From: Haplodiscus bocki
Taxonomy: Eukaryota
NCBI GenBank assembly: GCA_965655095.1
Contig: OZ296658.1
Location: 31,496,001 to 31,560,000, forward strand
Reading direction: 5' to 3'
DNA length: 64,000 nt
Shown here one piece after another: positions 33,591 to 45,800 of this stretch. The first letter of the stretch is position 1. The number at the start of each line of letters is the position of its first letter. Both the position numbers and the translations under genes were made by a program. Under the pieces are notes generated by a model. That model made no database searches. It worked only from the letters and a program-made list of their open reading frames with translations, and was not told the DNA's origin.

Positions 33591-34361
33591 TATAACGGTC
33601 GCTAATTTAATCTGCCTTTTGGCTAAATTCAAGCGTCTCTCGCATGATCTATAAACAAAGAACTCAAGTCTTAACAAGTGAGTCAAGTACCCTCGATAGT
33701 ACTTGTTAAATACTTGACAAAACTTGGACAAAACTCTAACAAAACTCCATAGCTACCTTATCAGAAACAATGTATACTCATAATATTCAAAACATATTCT
33801 ATTAACGTTATACAGTATACACTCACATTATTAAACACAATACTTTCACATATTGAATTTTCGTTGCAGTTATAAAATATACAATGTTCTTCTAATCTTT
33901 AAACATAGAACATTTCATACCAACCTTGCAATAATACTTTTATTTAAATATTACATTGAGACCCTTAATTTGTGTGCTTGATCTTGAGACCTTTTGCCCC
34001 GATGATTCACAAGTTCTAAACTAATTATAACGAGAAGAAAACGCAAAAATTGACAAAAGACACAACACCTCGAACCGTCTTTGGAACAACATTTCAACAG
34101 AAAGCGCAGAAAATCGCAACCTTCATAAAACCGACCCTCAACTCTTCACTCTCTTGAAAATGTAAGATTTATTCTTTTTCTGTATTATTACTTTTTAAAT
34201 AAAACTATTTAAACTCAAACGATTTCTCAACTAGAGCAATTCTAAGAAAAAAAAGCACAATCAGAAAGAAACCTAATAAAACAACCGTCCGCGCATCCGA
34301 GAAGGAAAAATAGAAAAGAACTCTTGTCATGGATTTAACAATAAAAATCACGGTTGTTAAA
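33591..34361 (+). repeat. 3' LTR of element B
   Basis: Copy of 20038-20809, preceded by purine-rich agcagaggga (PPT-like) and followed by TSD CAAC. Confidence 0.95.
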
Positions 34362-34365
34362 CAAC

Positions 34366-36800
34366 CAATTACAACCCGTATTATATATTTTCTTCATTCG
34401 ATTCCCATTTGATAACACCTCGGCATGAGGATAAAGAACGAAGCCTTTTGTCTGTTCTTCGTGATCGGTAATTACCGCGAAAAAGTTGAGTCACTTCTCA
34501 GTTGTTGAAAACTTCACGGATGAATTATAGGGAAAGTAAACCAGAAATAGTGATTATTGCTTTTCTTGAAAAGACTTTCTCAAATGTCGTTCCTTCCTTT
34601 TTCAGGAAAAAGGCGCGCAGAAAACCTCATCGAGCAAAGCCCACTTTCTGCAAGAGAAATTTCGCTACGCGGCCAAAAAAGGCAATAAGCTATGTTGGAT
34701 TGGACAAAGAAAATAAAAACCACATTGGAAATTTGATTGAAAAAAATCTCTAACTCTGTAAATTAGGTCAAAAAACAATTGAATATTTTGATGACGTATT
34801 TTAGATGTTCGCCTAAGGTACGATTGATGTCTATGCAAACTCCAAGAAAAATAAAAAATATACTATTTGACAATTTCCTGTTCATGAATTTCAAGTCTCG
34901 ATGTTTCTCAATGCCAAAATTCATTACTTCACATTTTGAAGCGTTGACAGATAGCTCGTTGTGTGCGAACAGTTTGTCCAAAATACCTACTTCGCTCCAC
35001 GCCTATCAGCTTTAAAAAATAATGGGTCATCTGTAAAGGTGAAAAATCCACATTCTTTTCCAGCACAGCTTGGCAAATCATTTATATTCTTCAAGAACAA
35101 TAAAGGGCTTAAAAGGGATCCTTGTGGGGTTCCTCAACAATTTAGTTGACTCATTTGAGTTGGAGACGTGCTCCCATCTTTTTAGAAGTGGTCTTGTAAG
35201 AGTTCCAATACCGATCCTCTGCTGATCTTCTGAAGCCATTGCAAATAACTTGCGAAGAAGAATTGCATGGGTCGAACGTTTTTTATGTCTATCAAACAAG
35301 ACTGTTCGTCACATTTTTTGTCAGTTTCTTGTCTGTTAAATTATTTTCTCAGAGATTTTATCGAGAAAAATAGGTAATTTGATCAGTCGATCTTTCTGCA
35401 AACAACGTTTGAATATTTTTCTGAGAATTGGCACAACCGTTGCCATATTCAAAGTTCGAGGAATTGTTCGGGTCTCAAAGCTTTTTTTGAAAGTTTGCAC
35501 TAAAGGATTTTTAATGACCGATGAAAGACTGTTCAATAATTATTCAACATGACCTGTATTCTTCCTATTTTTCATGTCCTGCACAATTTACCAACTTCTT
35601 GTTTGTCTGTATAGGACAATACCGTCGTTTTCTAAAAGTGAGATACAACGACGGCCTCAAAGTTTCGAGCAATTGTCGCTGCAAGTTTCCAAACAAACGA
35701 TAAAAATATTTCATTCAGTTCATCGACGTCCGCCGTCTTTAGTGTACGTTCAATTTTGATCACAAAATTTTTTAATGCTCGGTCGGTAGTTATGCTTGTT
35801 GGATTTAGGTCATTGTTTTCATATTTATATTTTTGCTTTTTGCATACTTTATTATCGCTGTGATGAAGTTTCTTTGTCTTTTGTAACTGATTTTATATTT
35901 TTGAGATCTTCCTCAGTCCGTTTTCTGTACAAAAATCATTTCTTTGGTTAATTGCGTTTCAATTTTTGTTTATTTTTGATCTGGACAACTTCTTCAGGGT
36001 GCCAAATTTTCGATTCAAGATAGTTTTGTAAAGAAACCCTCCACTCTACTACCAACGTCGGGGAAATTTCCCAACTTTAGTTCTAAGTGGATCAAAAATT
36101 TGAGCGCATTATCCTCTTTGACATTTCCCAAATTTAAAATTATCCTACTGCGAATGGATAGTCGGATTGTTCTCAAACGCTAAGGTATATATATCACCAA
36201 TCAAGGTGTGGTGGTTGCTATTCGTTTTTTCAAAGGTTTCATTTAGTATGAGTACACTGGTGATCAGATGATCGTTACATGTCGATCAAGTTGTCCTTAC
36301 ACTTGTGAGCTGTGTAATTTTATTTCAAAATGATAGGCCGAGAGATGTTCTCAATGATTGTTATTTGCATCGTGGATTTCATTAGTAACATCAAAATAAA
36401 AATCACTGAAACTCTTCGCTTCTCGCTTTTTAGGAGGAAAATTTGTAGTATTTGCTCTATATCATATAAGACTGAACCCCTTCAGAAAGATGAGGGTCTA
36501 ATTGCAACCCAAAAATTACTGATCTTTTGGTATGTAAAATTGACTTTTATAAAAGAGTTTTCGAAATTATTTCATACTTGACTGATTGCAACTTTCCATC
36601 TTGACGTACGTAATAGGCAACACATCCAACTTTTTTGTTACCTACTCTCGGAGTTGAGTGAGTAGGAGGTACAGTTGAGTTTGGCGGTCTATTATTGTAT
36701 GATAGGAGTTGGCGTCTAAATCGGTTGTCAATAGTCACGTTTCTGTTGGAGCTAATAATTTTCAATTCTCAAAAAAGTTATTATTTTCCGTCGAAAAAAC
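34366..36800 (-). mobile_element. Decayed non-LTR retrotransposon (CR1/L2-like LINE ORF2: APE + RT)
   Basis: Minus-strand fragments: KKVGCVAYYVR (APE GGGVA.YV); TIPRTLNMATVVPILRK..LDKISEKII (RT N-terminus); NELSVNASKCEVM..FLGVCID..EHLKYV (RT thumb). Boundaries approximate. Confidence 0.75.
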
Positions 36801-37386
36801 TTTTCGAGAGAAAAATATTAAGAAAATATTCAATTGAGTACTCGGAGTTTTTGCTGGAGTTTGCCTTTGACATGGAGACTTCGTGTTCCTGAGCAGAATC
36901 GTTGGCAACTTGCATAATAAACATCTGTCGTGGCAAAGCTATTAAGTTGAGCCCCAAAAGGGGCTGAGTTGAGCCCCAAAACCCGCCTTCTTTTTATCGA
37001 ATTTCAGATACCGGTTTACATATTCGTTTATTATAATAATAGAAGAAAGCAAGGTTTTCTCGAAAAAATTTGGTGTTTATTGATAGGTGGGCTGTTTTGT
37101 TCTCAAAAATTATCCGATTTGCGACGTAACTGAAACAAACGGTTTCTCCCCAACAAAAATAAAAAATTTAAAGACTTTTTCTTGATTTTAACAGCTGAAA
37201 GGAGGTCCACAAATCTTTCAATAGGTTTATCTATGAATGTAAAGAAGTAAAATGCTCTGTGAGCTTTTTGGTAGCTGTTTTCCCCGCCTTCTTGTCTGTT
37301 TCAGCCTCAAAAAATAACAAGTCTGATTTTATGAAGTTTTGCAAGTTTTTGAATGCGGCCTGAATAAATTTATAAGTGACAAACAA

Positions 37387-38328
37387 CCCGGGTTGAAGTC
37401 CCAGAGATAATCAGCGCTGAACAGCGCTGTTTCATAAATTTGGCGTTTTTCCGCACTGATTCAGAGAACATGAAAAACATCAGCCCTGATCAGCTCTATT
37501 TCAGAGCTGATCAGCTCTGATTTTCTCTGAATCAGCGCTGTTCAGAACTGAAAAATTCAGCGCTGTTTCAGAACTGAACAGCGCTGTTTCAGAGAGAAAC
37601 AGCACTGATTCAGCGCTGATTTACTCTGAATTAGCTCTGACATTAACTTATGTAGATAGGAATATCAAATTGTGATAACGTAGTCAGAAGTGATGAAAAT
37701 GCTCGAAGAGAGCCATTAAAATGACATTCCTCGTATTCAAAAAAGTGTAAATTACCCCAAATATTCTGCAAAATGCCATCATAAACTCAATTTTTTGAAA
37801 TAATCTTGGAAGTTTATCCGAATAAACGGAAAGATGCTTTCGAAAAATTGAACCATATCAGTTTTGTTACTTGAGCAGTAACAAAAAATCCGAACTTTCG
37901 AGTTTTTGTTATATCTTTGGCCCGTAAGAAGATTGAATACCTAAATTTTGGTTGCTAAGGTCTTTTCGCACATTGGGCTGAAAATTTGAATGATGTGCCT
38001 CAAAACTGAGGTACTTCCAATAATTTCGCAAAAAAAAATGAAAAATGAAACAAAATTTGTCATTCTCAATCCGTCAAAAATCAGAGCTGTTCATCGCTGT
38101 TGCAGAGGAAATCAGCGCTGTTCAGCCCTGGATCAGCGCTGTCTCAGAGAAAATCAGCGCTGTTTCAGCGCTGATTCTTAGCTCTGACATTTTTTCTTTT
38201 CAGCGCTGTTCAGAGCTGAATCAGCGGTGTTCAGGGATTTTCAGGTAATGAACAGCGCTGAAACAGACCCGAAATTATTCTGAATCAGAGCTGATCAGCG
38301 CTGAATGTCTCTGAGACGTCAACCCGGG
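37387..38328. mobile_element. MITE/foldback-like non-autonomous DNA element
   Basis: Imperfect ~50-bp terminal inverted repeats beginning CCCGGGTTGA; both arms carry many CAGCGCTG palindromic subrepeats; AT-rich non-coding core; no clear TSD. Confidence 0.75.
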
Positions 38329-41300
38329 ATAGCTTACAATTTTGGCCGCGCATTACAACTGAAATAACGCAGATTAAGTTTATATCTACCCACGCCAAGT
38401 AATTTCTTAGCAAATAATAGCTTAGCAGTCAGAGAGTCCAGAAAATAACATATGAGCACTTCTGAAGTAGTAGTGATTGAGTCAATAGAGGTGGGAGAAC
38501 TTTTACGTTTTCTATGTTACCTTGATATATTAAACAAACTTTTGCTGCTGCAGCGAAAACATTCAAAATACATGTATGCTAAATGTCTGAATTTTCCATG
38601 TATTATAAAAAATTTGGCTGTATGCATGCATGCATTTGCATGCTGTATCTGCAAGTCTTACTAAGGATGTATTTCTGCTCATCTGGGGTAGGTAATTGCC
38701 AGTGTACAATTATCACTTAACTTGGAACTTAAGCCTTTTTTTCCTTCCGGAGATTCGTGGATACATCATTTGTTGATCAAAGCGAACTGGATATCCTCCT
38801 TTCGAATAACTGTCTCCCAACAGGTATTTGAAGTTCTGAAAATCTATTTAGCTTCATCTTGATGGTTACCTTTTTCCAGAGGATCAATAAAAAAGAGAAT
38901 TTAAATCTAGAAAAAATCTGAGATGCAATCTTTTGTCAATAACTTTCTGTTCAGTGTACAAAATGATGTCATATATACAACGTAAACATCACAATTTTCG
39001 CAAAAAAAGATCAACGAAAAATTGCATTTTGCTTATTTCGAGATAACAAGTTAAACCACAAAGTTAGGTTTTCAGATTTTTGAAAGTACATCAAGTCATG
39101 TGATGTTTCATATCAGAAACTCGGGGAAATCTATTGGAATCCTCTGAAAGAATATCTTCAAAAATGACATTATAATTTAGCGGCGTTCTTTTTCTAAGAT
39201 ATAGGCGACATTACCGGCGCTTCTTGACAAAAAACCACCGATCTTCAATTTCCTCCAAAAATTTTCTACGATAAGGGTGCATCGGCGAATCTTAGAAACA
39301 TAGCAGCGGTATCGGCAGAAAAATGGACGATCTGGGCAAAAACACCGGCGCTTCACGGAAAAAGTTCAACCAGAATGTGCTTAAAACTACAGAAAAATGG
39401 ATAAACTAGTAGAATGCGGTGATATTTTGAACTCTAGTGTTTTACTGGCGAAAGTTATTGACTAATTAGTCTTTAATCAACAAAAACCTTGATATTTTAG
39501 ACTTTAATGACACACTGGATGTCAGGGTGATATACGGCTGTACCAGAAATGGTACTGTTATCAATCCTGAGGTAAAGGTTCGGATGTGGTACTGCCACCA
39601 TCCCCTGAAGCAGTTGAGTCAATTCCTTTAGCTGACGTGTTTGTGGGGCCCTGAACCCTTTTATTTGTTCGTCCACCGCTTCTTAGGTCAGAGTACGAAT
39701 TTCAGGAACTTCTTCCTCGGTATTTTGTGACGAATTACCGGTTCTGTTATCTTCGATACTACCATTTTCACTCATTGTAGGGCTTGAGTTTGTTTTATAC
39801 CTTTTGTCGCTTCTTAGTTCTCGGTAAGAGTCAGAATCAAGCATTCAATTTTCAAGAAATGCTTTTAACAATGAATTTTGATGTGTTTTGAAATTAACTA
39901 CCAGTCAAAGTCTAAACGCAGGCGGGTTTACAGAATGCAGATGGAAAAAGATGAAAAATTCAGTTGATGGTCAGTGCGAGCACATCGACTAAGAACAAAT
40001 TATTCAGCATTGTGATGGCAACACGTGTAAGTTCTTCCACTGGTGAAGGCTGGCTTGCGCACTGACGGCGCCAAAACTGCGGTGCTGCTTGGTAGATTTT
40101 CTCGGTGTCGTGACCGATGGTAAGACGTAATTCTAACCATCGGTGATTTCTCATTGGCTCGTTAGTCATAATACTAATTAACGAAAAAAGATGTGAACAC
40201 AAATCCACCGCAACCGTGGGGGCTCCATTCGTACAACATGCTAAATATGTAAAATTGGTGCAACATGTTTGCATGAATTCAAGATGGTGGATTATGTCTG
40301 AATACATAAAAAAATCATAGTTTAATTGCACGAGTTGAAATTTAGAGAACTGATACATTTACTACAGCATTCTAGATGTTCTTATCATTGTCCTGGATAA
40401 ATCTCAGTCTAGTTTGGTTTTCATCGAAATTCATCATTTCGTCCTTTTTTAATTTTGCTATTCATTGTCTAGTAGCTGTTAATCCCTAAGTTGGATGAAT
40501 TCCGATGCATTTTACTGAAAACAGATCTCATTGTTGCACTGCAGTACATGAATGGGACGGTTAAATCAATATATCATTGAGTATATGAGTAATGATGCAT
40601 AATAAGTTATCAAGAAAACAATGAATTTTGAAAGTATCTTTTGTGTTTGATGCAGTTTTCATCTTACCGATGAAAAGTGATGCGTTTCAAATAGTCCAGT
40701 AATTTTTCAGGAAGTTTTCATCCTTTGGATGAAAACTGATGGAAAAGTAAAATACTGATTGAAGCAAAATCGGAGGTTTACAAAAGTTCGATGTAAACAG
40801 ATGAAATTTGTTTTGGTCCTTAATCCACTCCTTTGTTACCTATAAAATTATAACTGTCTGTACATTTTTTCTGTTTGACTATAATCTTCTGTTGTCTGTT
40901 CGGAATGAATTAATATAGTGGGAAACATCAAATTGATGTTTTCCGTTGAAAATGTATTTCAGCTCAATTGTTCTCTTATTTGTCTGGCAGCTACAGAAAG
41001 CACTTGTAACGGCTTATGGTGTTCCAGTGGGAGCATTTCGGGGTCGTTTGAGCCAGTTATAGTTACTTTGAGCCTTCTTGGAATCTGCCATTTTCATGGA
41101 ATTGATCCAGCACATTGGTTTTAGAGGGATAAGGATGCTTTCATCTGCTCAGCAATACTTTCTACATAGTACAAACTGTTGTTTACATAATCTATAAATC
41201 TCGGTCAAACCACGGTGAAGGAAATTAATAGAACATAACTGCATTTATACTTCTATGCAATTTTGGCTACAGATATTGCATTAAGATCTTAATAATGCTA

Positions 41301-42846
41301 ATGGCTTCATACATATTTGACATACCGTAAGTTCAGGGATATTAGATATCTCATACTTCCCTCATGCGGGCATGGCAGTGGACTTCATTGTAAGTCTTTG
41401 TAAAAGACTCACGCATGAACTAATGGGTTCAACATTTGACGTAGGTTCCGTAACAAAGGTGAATTACGAATTGGCGTTTAAAACTTGTTTGAGAAATGTT
41501 GCCGTACGAACACTTAAAAGAACCAATAATCCAGAATTATTATGAGAAGAAATTGAATTTGTTACACACAAAACTTGAAATTGTCATTAAGTGGGGCGAG
41601 ATGATACGTAAGTACAAATAAAGTGCTGCAGGAGAAAAGAGATATTTAATGAGGAGTTCTTTCAAATTCAGCATTTGAGCTGTTACTCATATTGGCATTT
41701 AACAAACTCTACCAGGCTACTGGATTGTCATTTTCCTTGAAAAATAACAGTGATTCCAGTGAGGGCTCAACCATGAACGCTATTATTGCCATCTGCCAAT
41801 AAAATGAGGTCACATTGTTTCAATATAGTTTTATCATGTGTCGATTTTTTTCTAACTTGGGAAGAGGATATGTAAAGGCGATGTCAGTCTTACTTACCAA
41901 AACTGATTCTGTGTTGCCTGCATTTGTTGGAAAACCTTGAGATAACCTAAACATTTTCTTCAAGTTTGATTACAAACGAGGTATCAAATTGATGGGTGAC
42001 CGCTCAAAGAAAAGCCTTGATGAAAAATCGCTAAATTCTTTAGCATTTGATAATGCAGTTAGCTGTCTTCAATTGAGTATTCATTCAATTCAATTTGAAA
42101 GAATATAACCTTGTGAAATCTTCGGTCAACAAAATGTGTTTCTTCATGATCTTGCTCAAAAATTGTTTCATTGAATAGATTGATGTTTCCCATAAATTGG
42201 TACCGTAATAAAGTAGAGGATTATTGACTTTTAAAATTTTTTCACTAATTAGTCTTCAATGAAAAAACAGTGATATTTTGGATTTTTTCCACAAAGTAGT
42301 AGTCGTTGAAAATATTACTACAGGTACAAAAATGGAACACCACATCCATCTAAATCAACCAAAAAAGCAATAATGAAAAAAGTTGTCTGAATCTCTCCAA
42401 ACAGTGCATTTAGCTATTTAACGGAAAGATTGCAACTCATGTATTAGACTTGCAACAGTGTAAGAAAACAAAAGTCTGCGATGTAATGGAAACTTCTACG
42501 CTGAGCCTTTGAAACACGAATTCCGAAAGTCACTACTTTTACTCTGGTGAAAAATTCGAAGCCGCGTGCTTTGAACATTTGCAACATGTTCGACAGTCAA
42601 ATAAGCAGTGTGAAACTATAAACGCGGGAAAGTTATTATCCATGCTCTTTTTTTTCTCGACACTGAGGACTACAAAAAGCACTAAAAGATCAATTAAAAA
42701 TCAAACTAAACCCATATAGATTATCCATTTAGGGAAAAAATATCATCAACTGACTTTCGATGGGAAAATAGGTTTCCTAACTGTGAAATACGTTCCATTC
42801 ACCGAAGTACAATACCTAACTCAATTTTACATGAAGGCTTTAAATT

Positions 42847-45800
42847 TTTAGGGGTTGAAGGACGAGCCTAAAAGTAATGTCGAGTCATTAGTCCACGTGA
42901 TCGATTCCCCTCCTCTTTGGGAGCCCAACACAGTTAGTCGGACCTCACAGATGCATATGGTCCGGGCAACTCAGTGTTGTCCGTAGTCCGGATTTGGATC
43001 GTTTGTTGTCAGCAGTTTTGTTAACAGAGGTGCTAGTTTGTTTTTGTAACGTAATAATTTTGAATGGCGACCAGAGGAATGACAGAGGATCTGTGACCTG
43101 AGAATCGCAATAAAGAAGATCGCGAATTGCACTTCAAGATGGTTACTACCCAGGCACTGGAGAGAGTGTTTTACAGATTTTTTTCGACTCTGAGGGCATG
43201 AAAATGACCTTGATTGTACTGAGGCATAATTTTTGGTAGTTGAAGAAGAAATTACTTCTACTTTTGAGAAAAATTGTGAAAATTTCCGCTGTTTTTGATA
43301 CTTTCAGGGTAACCTTTAATTAGCTTCTTCTATCATTTTTCACTCTCGGCTTTTCGGATGGTTGTTTGCTTCAATTTCACGTCATGTTGTAACATTTCAA
43401 CGGAACCAGTCAAAAACCAACCCAAAGAAACTTTCAAATGAGTAAGTTCTCTTTCAAATTAGTCTACGTGTTCGACCTCGAGCGAACTCTCACCAAGATT
43501 CACAGTCCCAATGCCGGTTAATTCATCGCGAGTGTTTCTGAAAAGGGAAAGGAAACCCCAGGCGACCGATCAGGAAGCACTCAATTGAGTTCCCATTTTT
43601 CTGCCAAGTTCTCGTATGAATCCTCAAGAGGACTATCTGAATTTTTAGGTTTCATATACGTTTCTGTTCAGATGCAGGCCTAGCACCCTAAGTTGGATCT
43701 CTAAGCGTCAAGGCGTCAAAACAGCTTGATTGTCCTTCCAAACAGTGCAAATACAATTAGTGAACTTGCTGCCAGCACCAATGAGCAAGAATGACGCCAA
43801 GCAGTTGAAGGGTGAAGAGAAAAAGGAACTGAAGAAACCTTCAAAAGAATCACCAAACAGTCTCGTACAACCGCGAGAAACGTCCAATTCTTCTCTTGGA
43901 ACCGGTCTCTTTGACAAAGCAACGAAAAAAAAAGTCACTGCAAAAGTTATTTCAAGAGTGACTTTTCAGCTGGAAACTTAATTTATGCAGTTCTTGCCGA
44001 CTTTGTATTCCCTTTTTGCGTTTCGGTTGAGAATCGAGATGTCCAGCCAACAGATTCCGCTAATTTTTTCGTCATTTTCACGCCTAAAGTGAATTGTTGA
44101 CTACGCAGGGCCCAACCAAAGCCTCTCGTAAGTCTTCAAGACTCAAGAAAGTTCAACGTTAGCCTGCGGTGACGAGTTTTCTGGAAATACTATAAGCACA
44201 GAACTTGACATAGTAGAAGTTACAATGGGATTCATCTGAGTGTTTACGTGACTTGAAACAATTGACAGGCATTTTTTATGGGAACTTCATCAAAATCCGG
44301 CCTTTCCATGAAAAACTTCAAGCAAAATTGGTGAAAAACAGCCTCGTTTGAGGGTCAATTCAGCTAAATCAATACTTCTGGCCAAAGTTTTATTATTAGG
44401 CCAACTCAACTAATATTTTAGGTCGAAAGTTATTATTGTTTTCACACAAGATATTTTACAAAAAAATTGCAAACAATCGCGTTGATATGGCAATCCTTTC
44501 CATCCTGTCAAGGTCAAGACCAACCCAAAAACGAAATTAAACCCCCACAGTGTAATTGGAATTGCCTTCGATACTTCGCTTCTTTTGCACTGGAGGAGGA
44601 AAAGTTAGTTGTTTTCTTTCGACTTGCGGTGATAATCCTAAGTGACACCAGCATGAGCATCAACCGGACCAAATCAGCCGAGTGCCCTGGAAGGAATCAC
44701 AGCAACGGCATCAATCAATATTTGTAATTGATCATGAGATACCAATTCATAGTTGGTCATTCCGTGTTGTAGATAGTAATTCATCTTCAAGTTTTGATTT
44801 TCTTGGATGTGTAATTGTTGCCGGAATGTCAATTGGAATATGCAGTTACATGCCTGGAGATGGGACAAAAATTCAAATTTCATCCTCGGCAAATCACAAA
44901 CAAGCTTGGGAGACAAGCAACACCACCGTTGAAAGAGTCAGGGTCAGTACGAATCCTGCTGGTCTTTGTTGGATTAGAGCTGAACACGGAAGCCATGGTA
45001 GTCAAACAAGGCTACTTAACCCAAAAACTCTTCTTTGGGAAGGAACAGGTATGTTGTTGGACCCCTTGGAGTGGATTATTGTAGTCAGGCTCAAAATGAT
45101 CAAGAAGTGTTTGTAGTGTCTTCAACCAGCATAGTTTTATCGGCACTGGAGCAAGGCAATCAGTGATGACAAATTTGTTTTCCGCTCAAACTAGCCTGAG
45201 TTGCCCCTTACAGTATGCCAGTAGCACTAGATTGCTGTCACAATTGCAATTTTGGACTGGCAGACTGCCATTGCTTTGTTATAGTAGGATTCATACTGCG
45301 AGCCAAGTTTATTCTGTTCAGCGGCTGTCCTTTCAATGACGTCGTTTTTGAAAAGATCATCCCTGAGACAAAATGATGTGTTGGTGGAATTGGAAAAAAA
45401 ACTAGTCATTACGGATACACACCAGGACAGCTGCTTTTCATGATGAACCTACAGGAGAACCAAACTTTTCGGTTTCTGTTTTAAGAAAAAGTGCATCGGA
45501 GCCTTGGGAAACCAGAGCCATGAAATCAAGTGGGAAAACTCATCCAGAAAAGTTACTTGTGCTTGAAACAATTCCAGTCACCGGGGTGAACGCAATGGCC
45601 AACCATCTTTCGCTCTGGTTGACACTGTGAGCGTTTTGAGATCCGACCAGATAATTTTATGTAACTTTATGTCGGATGAGGAATTTCACCGATGAAACAA
45701 AAATTTTAAATCTTGTTGTCAACATAGGAGAAGATGAGTTCTTAAAGTTACGTAAAAAAACTCAGAATCAAAATACATATAACGATGTGAATATCAGTGA

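Larger units (their letters stand above)
20038..34361 (+). mobile_element. LTR retroelement B: full-length complex retrovirus-like Gypsy element (gag, pol with macrodomain, F-type env, J-domain and SGNH-like ORFs)
   Basis: Near-identical LTRs 20038-20809 and 33591-34361; TSD CAAC at 20034-20037 and 34362-34365; PBS at 20811; Gypsy domain order PR-RT-RH-IN. Confidence 0.96.

Noticed and set aside
6421-34361. Elements A and B as one composite or helper/satellite pair
   Set aside because: Different LTRs, PBS and TSDs, separated by 1.4 kb of unrelated sequence; nothing shows B mobilises A.
38400-42800. Short ORFs and possible host exons
   Set aside because: No recognisable domains or consistent exon chain could be supported by eye.
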